A stretch of 63,675 nucleotides of DNA, filler included, from Octopus bimaculoides (Eukaryota): assembly GCF_001194135.2 (NCBI RefSeq). It is 8 parts of 6 records of this genome, joined end to end, with 100 filler letters (N's around TTAATTAATTAA, not from the genome) between each part and the next. Parts side by side here need not be neighbours in the genome. Positions count along the whole stretch, not along the records: positions 38,298 to 46,315 come from NC_068997.1; positions 46,416 to 51,659 come from NC_069006.1; positions 51,760 to 58,152 come from NC_069010.1; 5 more parts are not named here. One strand, given 5' to 3'. The notes under the pieces were generated by a model, which had not been told where the DNA came from, did no database searches, and was given only the letters and a program-made list of their open reading frames with translations. How positions within the stretch are numbered: the stretch's first letter is position 1; each line of letters begins with the position of its first letter. A program made the translations under genes and the position numbers. Below are positions 41,506 through 53,681 of this stretch, piece by piece.

Positions 41506-41949
41506 ATTTATATTTTTTCTTCCAAAATTTTTGATGTTTTTGCAACCTTGTCAATGGGTGTTGATTCTGTCCATTATTGGAGCTGTGTTCTTTTCTGTGT
41601 GTTGTGTATGCACATGTATGTATGTATGCATGTATGTATGTACATTTGTATGTATGTAACTATTCTGCATATTCATGTGTTTGTGAGTGCATATCTGTGT
41701 TTGCGTGTGCTTGTGTGTGTGTGTAACTTTATCTCCTTGTGTGTTTGAGTGTGTCTACGTGTATGGGTTTGTCTGACTATGTACATGTGTCTGTTATGTA
41801 TGGATGTGTGTCTCCATATGTGTCTTTGTGTGTATGCATGTGTGTGTATATGGTTGTTTCCTTTTGCATGTGTGTGTGTGTGTGCTTGTCTGTCCACATT
41901 ATCAATGTATCTACTTACCTATGTATCTATCTGTTTACTTACCTACCTA

Positions 41950-42380
41950 TATATCATCATCGTCATCGTCATTTAATGTCTGCTTTCTATGCTGGCATGG
42001 GTTGGATGGTTTGACTGAGGACTGGCAAGCCAGGAGGCTGCACAAAGCTCCAATCCGATTTGATAAGGTTTCTACAGCTGGATGCTCTTCCTAACGCCAA
42101 CCACTCTAAGAGGGTAATGGGTGATTTTTATGTGCCACCAGCATGAGTGCCAGCCAGGCAGCACTGGCATTGGCCATGCTTGAATGGTGCTTTTCCTGTG
42201 CCACCAGCATGGGTGCCAGTTAGGCAGCACTAGCATTAGCCATGCTTAAATGATGCTTTTTATGTACAAGTCAGGTAGCACTAGCATTGGCTATGCTTGA
42301 ATGGTGCTTTTTACGTGCCACTGGCACAGGTTCCAGTCAGGTGGCACTGACATCAATCATGCTCGAATGGTACTTATATA
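41950..42380 (+). mobile_element. RTE-related family D element with tandem ~57-bp subrepeats
   Basis: Four units of GTGCCACCAGCA.G.GTGCCAG..AGGCAGCACT.GCATT.GCCATGCTT.AATGGTGCTTTT. Confidence 0.75.
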
Positions 42381-42399
42381 TTTGCCTACATAACAACCT

Positions 42400-44150
42400 A
42401 CTAGCAAATGTACTTATGTATCTAAATTCTGTGGATATTGGGGTACCACTACCTTCTATGTGTATTTCTTATTCAGTACAAGGTACATTTCATTAATGAG
42501 GACATACTCCTGTATTTGTCTGAGTGATGGGTCTTTCAGGTGCTTGGATAAAATGCATGTGTGAAGTCGGCCCAGTGTGCCTCCATGTTGGTCTTTGGCA
42601 TGTTGGTAGAGTATGGAGGACTATATTTTGTCATCATATTGCTTCAGGTATTAATTTAATTTCTCCACAATACTTCTAAATGTTTCTCCAATGTATGCGG
42701 TGTTCTTGCTTTTACAAGCATCCTCTATGCACTTTATACTGTAGACTATATTTCTAGTTCTACAGTTAATGCCAGAGTTAATCTTACATACCACACAGTT
42801 TTCATTAGTGCATGTGGTATTTTTGAAGGGGTACGTCCCACATAACTGTGATCTGATAGAGCTGCCTGGCTTTTCAATGATCTTAATGTTGAGTTCGGTC
42901 TCCTTCAGAGCTTTCCTAAATGTATGGGCTAGTTCAGTTAATAGAGTTACAACAATTACTGTTACTGCATTTACTACATTGTATAAGGCCATGTTTGTAT
43001 GTTCGTATCTTTTAGATGTAGTGATGATGGATCCAAGATTTAGTGTGGTAGAATATGATAGCTTAATAGTAGACATTTTAAATATGGGATAGTAAATCTG
43101 ATTTAAGAATGCTGAAGAAAAGTTTTGGCAAAGAGAGGTAAAGACATGCTTTGTAAACAGAAAGATGGTGAGAACTACAAAATACCTATCAATTTTTCTT
43201 ATTTTTTCTATGACTGATTTGGTGAGCAAAGTTGTCATGTGGTAAATGTGGTTTGTGTCCTTGAATGCCATTATCTGGTAAGGTAGTCACTGGTTTTACA
43301 GGAGACTGTTTATTAAAATTAGCATTAGATAGATAGGGTTGTAGCCATACTTGGAGTAAATCTTAGTTCTGTAACTGGTGGGGGATATAACTATTATTCT
43401 AAGTAATAATGTCTTTAGCATCATTTTTACTAAGTGCATTATTAGAATTAACTATAGTACACATGTTATATGGAGTTAATGGTTACAATTTTTTGTTTTT
43501 AGTCTAGTGTTATCAAAGATATTTCCTCTGAGAAACCACTTTTGTGCAGTGCCTGGTTATAATAAGGAGTGATAAGGAGTTATTAAAGATGTTTTCATTT
43601 GCTGAAAGGTTAGAAAAACTAATAAAAATTCTGTTAACAACACTTCAGTAGATAAATCTAGGATGATTACATTTTCTATTATATATATTTGAGGTTTTCT
43701 TTAGTTTTATGACGGAAAATATAAGCTAGAGTTTCATCTTAAAAGTTGGTTGATTTAACGCTATTGTTGAAGGTGATAGATTATAATTATTGAAAAATTT
43801 ATGGAGAGCTTTCTGAATGTTTTAAATGAGATTTAGAGTATCTGAGATTTAGAGTACTATTCCTATAAAGATATAATAGAAAAAGGGCTACCAAGCCTGT
43901 GACCTGCACAGAATCTGAAGATCCCATTGTAATAGTAAAGTGATTTCTGATAGTATTTCCAAAGCATTCTTCCTTGCAGTTAATATAATATCAATATCTG
44001 TGTGAGATAGAAAAGCTAATTTCCTGGTGAATATTAATACTTTAACAGAATATGAGATACTGATGAGTATGTTCCTAGTTATATCAAAATGCAGAAAAGA
44101 AATGTTACATGTATTTTGTAAACTATGGAACATATATTACTCCAAAGATT
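42400..44150 (-). mobile_element. Decayed Penelope-like element (RT remnant + GIY-YIG)
   Basis: IVYSIKCIEDACKSKNTAYIGETFRSI, preceded by CTNENCVVC, is a GIY-YIG signature; NHFTITMGSSDS near 43900-43960 resembles the PLE RT G.AMGS motif. Confidence 0.8.
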
Positions 44151-44669
44151 AAACTTTAATTATCTTTAACTTGTGAAATGATTCTATCTAATATAAGGCA
44201 AGATTTGATGGGACAAATCAGCCAGAAAGAAGCTTATTATGAAAATTGGCTTTACAGTCCTTTAGGCTGAAATGTAGAGATCTGTGTAGAGTTTTGTTCT
44301 GTTGCTCACAATGCATGAAGATACTTATGTATCATGTTTCATGTATATTGATATGTTTGCTTATGTGCTTTTGAATAATATTGTCTTATAATGTTTATAC
44401 CTAATTGCATCATATGCATGCTTTTATGCACAATTTTACAGGCCAGAGCACTAAAGATATAATTATATCATGTAAAATTATATAACTTATGCAAATATAT
44501 TCCATACACCTATGAGTGCCAACCCATGTGCTTCTAGAGCACCTTAATCTGACTATTAAGAATTTTGATTTATCAATTTGAACTAAATGTGCACAAATTA
44601 CAGTGACTATCTATTTCTATATAAACATCATCATCATAACTACTATATATATATATNNNNNNNNNNATA

Positions 44670-45950
44670 TATAAGGTGCAGACAACATTCATTTGTAATT
44701 TTCAACTGCTAATTTTATGCATTTTTTAAAAACTTTTGTTGTTGGTCTTTTTCTTTGACTATGGAAAAATTTTGAATCTCGCCAATTTGTGGAAGAGGCA
44801 TGGAATCCTCCTTGGAATCCATGCCAGAAGTACAAATATGATTTCAGACTTTCTCAAAAATCAGTAGAAATATGATGGAAAAGATCAGAAAGGAGCTAGA
44901 AGAGTCAGTATTTGACTATGAGGCGACAGCAGAGAGGAAAACCCATGATCGACAATCTGATGCTATCAGAATGCTGTAATTTGTTGCTGAAATCCAGATC
45001 ATCAACAACGATCTCAGTAAATTGATGTGTGCCATTGTATGGGAGAAAGGTGTGGATGAAAAGCTCATCAGGTTGGTGGTGCATAAGGACATTTGCTACT
45101 TTTCATACAAGATGAGGAATGACAATTTCTTTCTAATGCAATGTAGGAAAAGTGACTCAAGCCCACCAAGAGCTGATCAACAAGTTGAAACACCTGTTAG
45201 AGTCAGAGATGCTGTGGTTCTTCTCTGACACGAAGAATCTCTGCCAAGACCAGAAGATCAACTCCGAGAACAGCAGGAGGCTTGCTGCTTCACCCAAGGA
45301 CATGCCCAAAGTCATGCAGATGAAATTTCCAGCAACTATCATGGATTTCAGTTGTCAGCAGTGAAGGTGACGTCATGTCACCCCATTTCCTCCTAGAGAG
45401 CCTCGGGTTGAATACTGACAGCTACATCCATGTTCTGAACAAGGTGATGAAACCCTGGATCAACTGAGTAGCTGCAGGGAAGCTGTACATATAACAGCAA
45501 AGCTTTGTGCTCTGGCACACCAACAGGAAGACCTGGGTCTAGTTGTTGGAGAATTTCTCCAATCACACAGTATTTGACATTTGGCCTCCCAACTTGCCTG
45601 ACTGCAACCCCCTCGACTTATTTGTGTGTGTGTGTGTGTGCATGTGTGTTGGCAGGTGGTGGAATGAGAAAACAACAAATCCAGCTGCAACATGAAGAAT
45701 GAGCTGAGGGCCAGGATTACCAAGCTCTTCAGGGACCTAAAACAGGAGATAGTGATGAAGGCCAGTGGCTGGATCTGAGGTTGCTTGGAGGCTGTAATCA
45801 AGGCTAAAAGCAGGGGTTCATCAAGTGAGATTGACAGAACATGTCATGAAGACAACATCTAAATTTGATGAATATATCTCAAAAAGTTTTTAAAAAATTT
45901 TTTTTCCAGAGACGGTCATCATTCAAACGAGTACTGTCCACACCCTGCAC
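44670..45950 (+). mobile_element. Near full-length decayed maT/Tc1-like DNA transposon
   Basis: Ends AAGGTGCAGAC (44672) and GTCCACACCCTGC (~45937) form an imperfect TIR; internal WPPNLPDCNPLD motif homologous to the 7300-7450 copy. Confidence 0.7.
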
Positions 45951-45964
45951 TCACACACACAAAA

Positions 45965-46315
45965 ATATATGGGGCTATTAGACAAAAGAAACAGGCTTGG
46001 AAGGACTGGAAGAACGGTGGTAGCAGGGAATTGTACCAATCTGCCAGAAGGGAAGCTAGGCGACAGGTTTATTTAGCCAGAGGGGAAGCAGATAAGAAAA
46101 GATTTGCCAATGTTCTGCGCCGTGAGGACCAAAGACTCGAGGTATTTTGTGTTGCAAGACAGTGTAGGAGAGAGAATAGTGATGTTGTAGGAGAGAAATG
46201 TGTTCGCATGGATGATGGTACGCTTGCACTAAATGAGGCTGCAAAGAAAGAGGTCTGGAGATGCCACTACGATAGATTGCTTAATAAAGAGAATGAATGG
46301 GAGAAAGAGAGCCTG
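45965..46315 (+). mobile_element. RTE-clade LINE fragment (EN-RT linker)
   Basis: YQSARREARRQVYLARGEADKKRFANVLRREDQR...WRCHYDRLLNKENEW. Confidence 0.7.
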
Positions 46316-46415
46316 NNNNNNNNNNNNNNNNNNNNNNNNNNNNNNNNNNNNNNNNNNNNTTAATTAATTAANNNNNNNNNNNNNNNNNNNNNNNNNNNNN
46401 NNNNNNNNNNNNNNN

Positions 46416-47514
46416 TATGGAAAATACTTGGCAAACTTGGGTGTCCAAATCACTTTGTATCTATAATTAAATCATTTCATGATGGGATGGAGGCTTGGGT
46501 CAATGTTGGTGGTGGCATGGCGGGATCCATTCCTGTAGAGAATGGTGTCAAGCAGGGTGACATCCAAGCCCCAACTCTCTTTTCTTTGTACTTTGCTGCT
46601 GCTTTTACTCATGCTTTTGCTAAGGTTAGCTCTCTGGGAATATATGTCAGATATCAATCTTCTGGCCGCCTCTTTAATCTTCGCCGATTTGCTGCCAATT
46701 CAAAGGTTCTCCAGTCTATTATTCGTGACCTCCTTTATGCAGATGACTGTGACTTAGTCACTCATACAGTGGATGACATGCAAATACTCATGTATTGCAT
46801 TTCTGCTTCTTGCAAGGCATTTGGACTTGGCATTAGCCTGGACAAGACTATTGTAATGTTCCAGCCTGCACTAGGAAATCCATATGTAAAACCAGCTATC
46901 TTGGTTGAAGGAACAATTCTGAAGGTAGTAGACAAGTCTGTCTGCCTGGGCAGCACACTCAGGCGTTCTTGCTCCCTGGATGAGTAAATATCTTTCAGGT
47001 TGCAGAGAGCAACTAATTCCTTCTGGTCTCTTCCGTCTCGTGTCTGGTCCCAGCATGGCATAGCAAGGCAAACAAAAGTTGCTGTGTACCGTGGATATGT
47101 ACTGACATCGCTCCTCTACTCATGTGAGATATGGACTCTGTACAAACGTCAGGTAAGGGTCCCTGAACGCTTTCATCAGAGATGTCTCAGGCACATTCTC
47201 AATGTTGGCTGGACCTCAAAAATTTCAAACACACAGGTCCTGAGGACAGCTGATATCTTGAGTATTGAGGCGATGGTGCACAAGCACCGGTTACGTTGGA
47301 CTGGACACCTTATTAGAATGAAGGATAGCAGGATTCCTAAGCAGATGGTATATGGAGAACAACAAATGAATGGAAGGAGACTCCGGCAGAAACCAAGGCT
47401 GCGATTTAAGGACTGTGTCAAGTCCTCATTAAAGGCCTGTGATATGCAGGACACTGACTGGGAGAACAATGCCTGTCATCGCCACGGGTGGAGGAAGCAG
47501 GTTAAGGAGGGGAT
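46416..47514 (+). mobile_element. RTE-clade LINE reverse transcriptase fragment (disrupted)
   Basis: GVKQGDIQAPTLFSLYF, LLYADDC, ERFHQRCLRHIL, HRLRWTGHLIRMKDSRIPKQMVYGE; stop/frameshift near 46985. Confidence 0.92.
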
Positions 47515-48426
47515 NNNNNNNNNNNNNNNNNNNNNNNNNNNNNNNNNNNNNNNNNNNNNNNNNNNNNNNNNNNNNNNNNNNNNNNNNNNNNNNNNNNNNN
47601 NNNNNNNNNNNNNNNNNNNNNNNNNNNNNNNNNNNNNNNNNNNNNNNNNNNNNNNNNNNNNNNNNNNNNNNNNNNNNNNNNNNNNNNNNNNNNNNNNNNN
47701 NNNNNNNNNNNNNNNNNNNNNNNNNNNNNNNNNNNNNNNNNNNNNNNNNNNNNNNNNNNNNNNNNNNNNNNNNNNNNNNNNNNNNNNNNNNNNNNNNNNN
47801 NNNNNNNNNNNNNNNNNNNNNNNNNNNNNNNNNNNNNNNNNNNNNNNNNNNNNNNNNNNNNNNNNNNNNNNNNNNNNNNNNNNNNNNNNNNNNNNNNNNN
47901 NNNATGTATGTATGAATGTGTGTATGTATTATGTGTGTATGTATGCATGTATGTATGTGTGTATGTATGTGTGTATGTATGTGTGTATGTATGTGTGTGC
48001 ACGTATGTATGTGTGCATGTATGTATGTGTGTGTATGTATGTGTGTGTATGTATGTATCTGTGTATGTATGTATCTGTGTATGTGTATGTATGTGTGTAT
48101 GTCTGTGTGTATGTATGTGCATCAGTGAGTGTGTGCTTGAGTGTGTTTATATGTCCGAGTGTGTATGTGTATGTGATTCTCTATATCAGTGTCTGCTAGT
48201 ATATGCATGTGTGAGCGTTTATATGGATACATGAGCCTCTATGTGTGTGTCTGTGTGTGTATGTGTGTGTATGTGTGTCTGTGTGTGTGTGTGTATGTTT
48301 ATAAGAATGCGCGAGCCTCTGTTTGTGTACGTGTATGTGTATGTGTGTGTGTGCATACACATGTGTATGTGTTTGTTGCTGCTTATACGTAACTTTACGG
48401 TTCATTGAAATCAAACGAAAACCTAC

Positions 48427-48596
48427 CTGATGACTATTGATTTCTTATTCAGGTGAGCCATCCGGTATTTGGTCAGTCGCTGGTTGATGAAATTAAATGT
48501 CGCCCCGAGAAAACCTCCGATGATGGCCATCAGTATGAATATAAGAAGGTCTGTAATATTCCACAGGTAACAGTCGGGTCCTGCATTATTGGCACA
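48427..48596 (-). CDS. CLCN6: CLC-6 chloride/proton exchanger, internal exon (170 nt, phase 0 to 2)
   Basis: CANNAGPDCYLWNITDLLIFILMAIIGGFLGATFNFINQRLTKYRMAHLNKKSIVI(R) closely matches CLC-6 C....CHLWTAMDLGFFVVMGVIGGLLGATFNCLNKRLAKYRM (recalled). Acceptor ttcttgctgtAG, donor GTAGGT. Confidence 0.93.
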
Positions 48597-48624
48597 CTAC
48601 AGCAAGAAAATAAAAGGGAACCCG

Positions 48625-48672
<48 letters not shown>

Positions 48673-48995
48673 ATGTGTATATATGTATGTATGTATACAC
48701 ACATACATACGTTTACATCATGTATATGCTTATATGTGCATGTTATATGCGTGCGTCTCTCTGTATGTATATGTAAATATATAGCTATACATACTTACGT
48801 GCATACACTTGTGTGTGTATGTTGATGTATGTATATATACACATATACACATATATGTAGGAACTTGTATATACATATGTATATGCTTGTATGTATGTAT
48901 GTATGTATGCATGTTTAGGGTGAAACAGTATCACAGTAAACATGGTTAGAAAATATTTTTCACTCTGTATATAAGTGCGTCTGTGTGTATGTGTA

Positions 48996-49030
<35 letters not shown>

Positions 49031-49038
49031 CTGTGTCT

Positions 49039-49102
<64 letters not shown>

Positions 49103-49195
49103 TATTTTGAAGTAACACTGTACAACAGCGTCGTTAAATGCGCGGAATGCGATTAGGTTTGATGTGATGACGACAATATCAATACGGGTACCTAC

Positions 49196-49312
49196 TCTGA
49201 ACAGACCAAAGTTGATGAGACCGGGTCGGTAGAAATAGCCCCAGGAACTGGAGGATTCCAGACCAGACAGGAAGAAATTCAAAGAAAATGTCGCCGCAAT
49301 GGAACAGAAGAA
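49196..49312 (-). CDS. CLCN6: CLC-6, internal exon (117 nt, phase 0 to 0)
   Basis: FFCSIAATFSLNFFLSGLESSSSWGYFYRPGLINFGLFR matches CLC-6 LFCSMSATFTLNFFRSG..GSWGSFQLPGLLNFGEFK (recalled). Acceptor attttcAG, donor GTAGGT. Confidence 0.93.
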
Positions 49313-49319
49313 CTGAAAA

Positions 49320-50010
49320 TATGATAAACGTGTTTAGAATAGAACATTGTGATTATAAACATGTTTAGGACGGAATTTTGTGACGGTTGCTGTGTTTAGA
49401 CAGCAAAAATGTAACATCAACAGTAAACACGTTTAGAGAGGAGCAATGGGTCCGTCAATGTGTTTAGAATGGAATAGTGTTAACGAAGATGATGTGTTTA
49501 GGATTGGACAGTATCAGGGCTGACCTGTTTAGAGGGATGACACCGTCATAGCCAACGTATTTAGCTGTGGATTGAATGGTAGACATGTCATCCCTTTCGG
49601 TCGAAATCGACCTGATTAGGTGAAACGGTGCCACAATAAACATGTTTAGAGAAGGACTATGAAATACGTAACGTGTCTTGAATAGAATAGGGTCAAAGAA
49701 TGTGATGTGTTTATGATAGAACAATGTCTAAGATTACATGCATAGATGGGGAACAATATCATAGCTGTTGTGTTTAGCTAGAGCAGAGTCAGAGTTGAGG
49801 TGTTTAGGATAAAATAATGTCACAAGTAAATACTCTGGAGCAGTTAATGTGTTTAGAGTGGAATAGTGTCGGCGACGATGATGTGTTTAGGATGGACCAT
49901 GTAGAAGTTGATGTGTTTGGGGGAGCAACAGTGTTACAGTTGATGTGTTTAGGTTAAAGCTATAAACACGTTTAGAATGATGCAATGGAGCAGTCAACGT
50001 GTTTAGTGTC
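49320..50010 (-). repeat. Degenerate ~31-bp tandem array (~22 units) with conserved CTAAACAC core
   Basis: GTGTTTAG-like ends at 49337, 49368, 49399, 49436, 49467, 49501, 49532, 49564, 49649, 49777, 49807, 49856, 49890, 49952, 49975 and 50006 (modal spacing 30-34). Confidence 0.9.
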
Positions 50011-51033
50011 AATATCATGCATGCATAAATACATACATAGATGCTGTTACAAAGCAACCGTGAAAGTCAATAAGACAAATCTAAAATAAAAAGACAACAA
50101 TTGCAGCGTGGAAGGTGTTTATAAGCCATTCAAGAAACACACAAAAACCATTAGATTCACTTCAACATTTAAATTTAATTTGCCAAAATATTTTCGTCGC
50201 TTTGAGACCGGGATCTGTTCACTGACAAAATTCTTGTCCCATTTTGTATTATGTATATATGNNNNNNNNNNNNNNNNNNNNNNNNNNNNNNNNNNNNNNN
50301 NNNNNNNNNNNNNNNNNNNNNNNNNNNNNNNNNNNNNNNNNNNNNNNNNNNNNNNNNNNNNNNNNNNNNNNNNNNNNNNNNNNNNNNNNNNNNNNNNNNN
50401 NNNNNNNNNNNNNNNNNNNNNNNNNNNNNNNNNNNNNNNNNNNNNNNNNNNNNNNNNNNNNNNNNNNNNNNNNNNNNNNNNNNNNNNNNNNNNNNNNNNN
50501 NNNNNNNNNNNNNNNNNNNNNNNNNNNNNNNNNNNNNNNNNNNNNNNNNNNNNNNNNNNNNNNNNNNNNNNNNNNNNNNNNNNNNNNNNNNNNNNNNNNN
50601 NNNNNNNNNNTATATATATATAATATATATATAATATATGATATATATATACACATATATGTATACATATAAATACATGTATATATATATGTGAGTGTTT
50701 ATATATGTATGTATATATGTATATATGTATATATATATATATATATACACATATATATATATACAAAAATGCACATGCATATATACAAATATATTTTATA
50801 CATACAAACATATGTGTATATTATACACACACACATATTTACACACACATATACATATGTATACACTTAGGCACATACGTAGGTATTTACATACACACAC
50901 ATATACCCAAATCCAATTCACTTCCAATTCACAGTGAAAAGGCATGAACATCACAACTACACAATTCCCCACCACCACTACCATCCCACCTTCTTTTAAA
51001 CCTGACATTTTGAGACCATCAAAACTCAATTAC

Positions 51034-51119
51034 CGTCCTCCATGTTAGATCTTGATTCCAAAACGAAGACCCTTCCTCCAAGCTGAACAGTACCCCGCCA
51101 ATTGGGGCCCCGAAGGCCG
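51034..51119 (-). CDS. CLCN6: CLC-6, internal exon (86 nt, phase 1 to 0)
   Basis: (A)[28 protein letters not shown] contains the CLC signature GAPxGGxLFxLEE with the CLC-6-type [15 protein letters not shown]. Acceptor ttatttttcAG, donor GTAATT. Confidence 0.95.
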
Positions 51120-51759
51120 CTGAAAAATAAATAGGCAAAACACAAATTATTCAAGAGTTGGAAAATGATCGAGTGGAAGAGATGAATGAGGGATAGTTAT
51201 ATTGTAAATAACATGACCGCAGCTGTAAAGCTGAAACAAGTTGAAGAGTTAAAAGTGTATATAAAATATATATATATATATATGGATCGATCGATCTATG
51301 TATGTGCATGTATGTATGAATGAATGTATCTTTTATGTGTATACAGGAATGCATGCATGCACACATGTATGTACGTATGCATTTTTTTATTATTAAAAGA
51401 TTAAAATTCTTGATCACAACTGCCCGACAAACGGGAACGTGAAACTCTGAGTAGCAGGGTTTTTTTTGTGTCTGATGTTCTTGCAGCTTTAATAATAAAA
51501 AAAAAAGCGGGATGAAGATGCATGTATATACATACACATATATGTATGTGTATATATTGTAATTTAATCCGGAATAAATATGCATGTATATATATACCGG
51601 AGTAAGCACATAAATGTGCAACAAGGTTATATTTCTGCTGCTTTTAAATAAAGTATATANNNNNNNNNNNNNNNNNNNNNNNNNNNNNNNNNNNNNNNNN
51701 NNNTTAATTAATTAANNNNNNNNNNNNNNNNNNNNNNNNNNNNNNNNNNNNNNNNNNNN

Positions 51760-52050
51760 GGTGCAGAGAGCAAAATGGATCACCAAGGATAGGAATCCTG
51801 AGATGAACAACAAACACCAGCAAAAAAAAAAAAATTTTAAAAATGGAAGGAATAACAATCGAACGACTAATGAGAAACAAACAACAGATAATAACGAGGC
51901 AAGCAGAAAGAATGGCAACGTGCCAAAACCTTGGATTAAAATATCTAAATGGTACCCACAGAGTAATGGTAGAGATATTCAGAGATTTCCAGAATGAGCC
52001 AGAAACAACATCTAAATGGCATAGTGAGGGGAGCGCCACCACACACTTGT
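51760..52050 (+). mobile_element. Degenerate R4/Dong-like fragment (post-CCHC region)
   Basis: TCQNLGLK.SKWY...V.VEIFRDF resembles C..LG...KWY.H.P..V.EN...I.WDF, with frameshifts. Confidence 0.45.
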
Positions 52051-52059
52051 AACACCATT

Positions 52060-52960
52060 ATCATCGTTTTTTACGTTCACTGTTTCTATGCTGGCATGAG
52101 TTGGCTGAGACTCAGTGACGTAGTTATTCTACGGCTGGATACTCTTCCTGTTGTCAACCTTTCACTTGTTCTAGATTTCAGAGGGAACGCTCATGCGCTG
52201 AGGATGTTGCTATACTGCATCCCCAAACACAGGAGTCAATGACTCATTGGACAATGAAGCAGCTCTTGTGTTTGTGTTTCGGGCCCCTTCCAACATAATA
52301 CCAGAGCTGCCTGGAGCCAGCCAACAATATAGGAGACAAAACTCCCCCACAACAGCTTGAGCTTTGTTGAATTAGATTTTGTGACTCTTGGCCAGATGTT
52401 TCTACCATCTTCAACTCCCGTTCTCACTGTATCACTCATCCTCTCTCTCACAAATCAAATGCAATGGCTTTCTTTCTCAGCAGATTCTGAAAGTTTTCTG
52501 GCAAAATTTTTGTCTCTCCTTTGCAGTTAGGCCAAGACTTCTGAGCATCGAGTGAACTCTGCTTCCAACAAATCCTCCACCACCACCTATCCCTACAGGA
52601 AGATACACTCCATCCACCCCTTTCATGAAGCTCCAACAAGTAAGATTATTCTCATTATTCTAACTGGCCCTCACATGCCAAACCTAATCAAACTAATGAG
52701 CTATGGCACGTAGAAACACATACACATACAACAGTACAGTTTCCATCTCCTGTACTTCACTCACAAGACAAACCTGTGCAACTCCACAGTCAGGCCAGCA
52801 CCTGTATACTACAGACCAAGAATTTTTACATCTATCTCACCACAGACGATAAAATACACTGAGAAAGGTCCATTTTACCATCCTTCCATGGGTTGGAAGT
52901 TTATTGAGGCAGATTTTCTACGTATGGATGCCCTTCCTCTCACCAACCCTCACCTGTTTC
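52060..52960 (-). mobile_element. Degenerate RTE-clade LINE 3' region with family D tails
   Basis: Family D motifs at 52080-52160 and 52870-52960; RTE-like C-terminal remnants between them. Confidence 0.5.
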
Positions 52961-53371
52961 CAAGCAAGGTAATATTCCCCCCATGGTCAGGCATATTCTC
53001 ATAGCATACTAGAAAGAAACGACACTGCTTATATAACACTGACACTTGTTTACAACAATCACATTCCCTCGAGACAAGGAGACACAAAACAAAAACACAC
53101 ACATATACATATAGACTGGATTCCACACAGTTTCCACTAACCAAATTCATTCACAAAGCTTTCGCCATCCTGGGGCTATTTCATAAGACACTAGCCCCAG
53201 GTGCCATGCAGTGAGACTGAACCACATTCCACATGTTTACAGAGCAAGATTTTTAACCACACAGTGCCTAGAATGACGACTAGGTTACTGCTGTTACCAC
53301 GGAAACAGGCTTCAGATTGCAAAAAAACTTTATGCAGTTGGAGAAAAAGAGAAGGAAAATATAAAACAAAA

Positions 53372-53681
53372 GGATCTATTTTAAAACGGGGGCCACATTT
53401 TTCATTAATGTTTTACGTAGTGTTTTTGGTACGGAAAGACTTTCAAACTTCGTATACTTATCTATTTTGTGTTATAGAACAGAAAAATATTTTTGTATTC
53501 GAATTTATTTCATGTAAAAAATTGTCTTATTTCGATAATTTCAACCAATCACTGACAAGTATTCAGTTGTTTACATTTACTCCTTTGGCTGATTAAGCGG
53601 TGTAAAGCGTATTTAATTTCCATAGCTTCGTTTTGCTTTTTTCTTTTTAAATTTGCTGTTTTACCCTAACCCTAACCCTAA
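53372..53681 (+). repeat. Dispersed repeat with (CCCTAA)n tract; homologue of 1-250
   Basis: GGATCTATTTTAAAACGGGGGCC...TTTTACCCTAACCCTAACCCTAA, then a gap. Confidence 0.85.

Noticed and set aside
41530-41610. FLQPCQWVLILSIIGAVFFSVCC, resembling claudin TM2
   Set aside because: No splice acceptor upstream (directly follows a SINE) and it runs into a microsatellite.
48453-48566. Apparent plus-strand exon VSHPVFGQSLVDEIK... with AG/GT ends
   Set aside because: It is the antisense shadow of the CLCN6 exon at 48427-48596.
49320-50010. CRISPR array or repeat-protein reading of the 31-bp array
   Set aside because: Eukaryotic intron, no cas genes, 8-bp core only, spacers homologous to each other; the period is not a multiple of 3 and frames contain stops.
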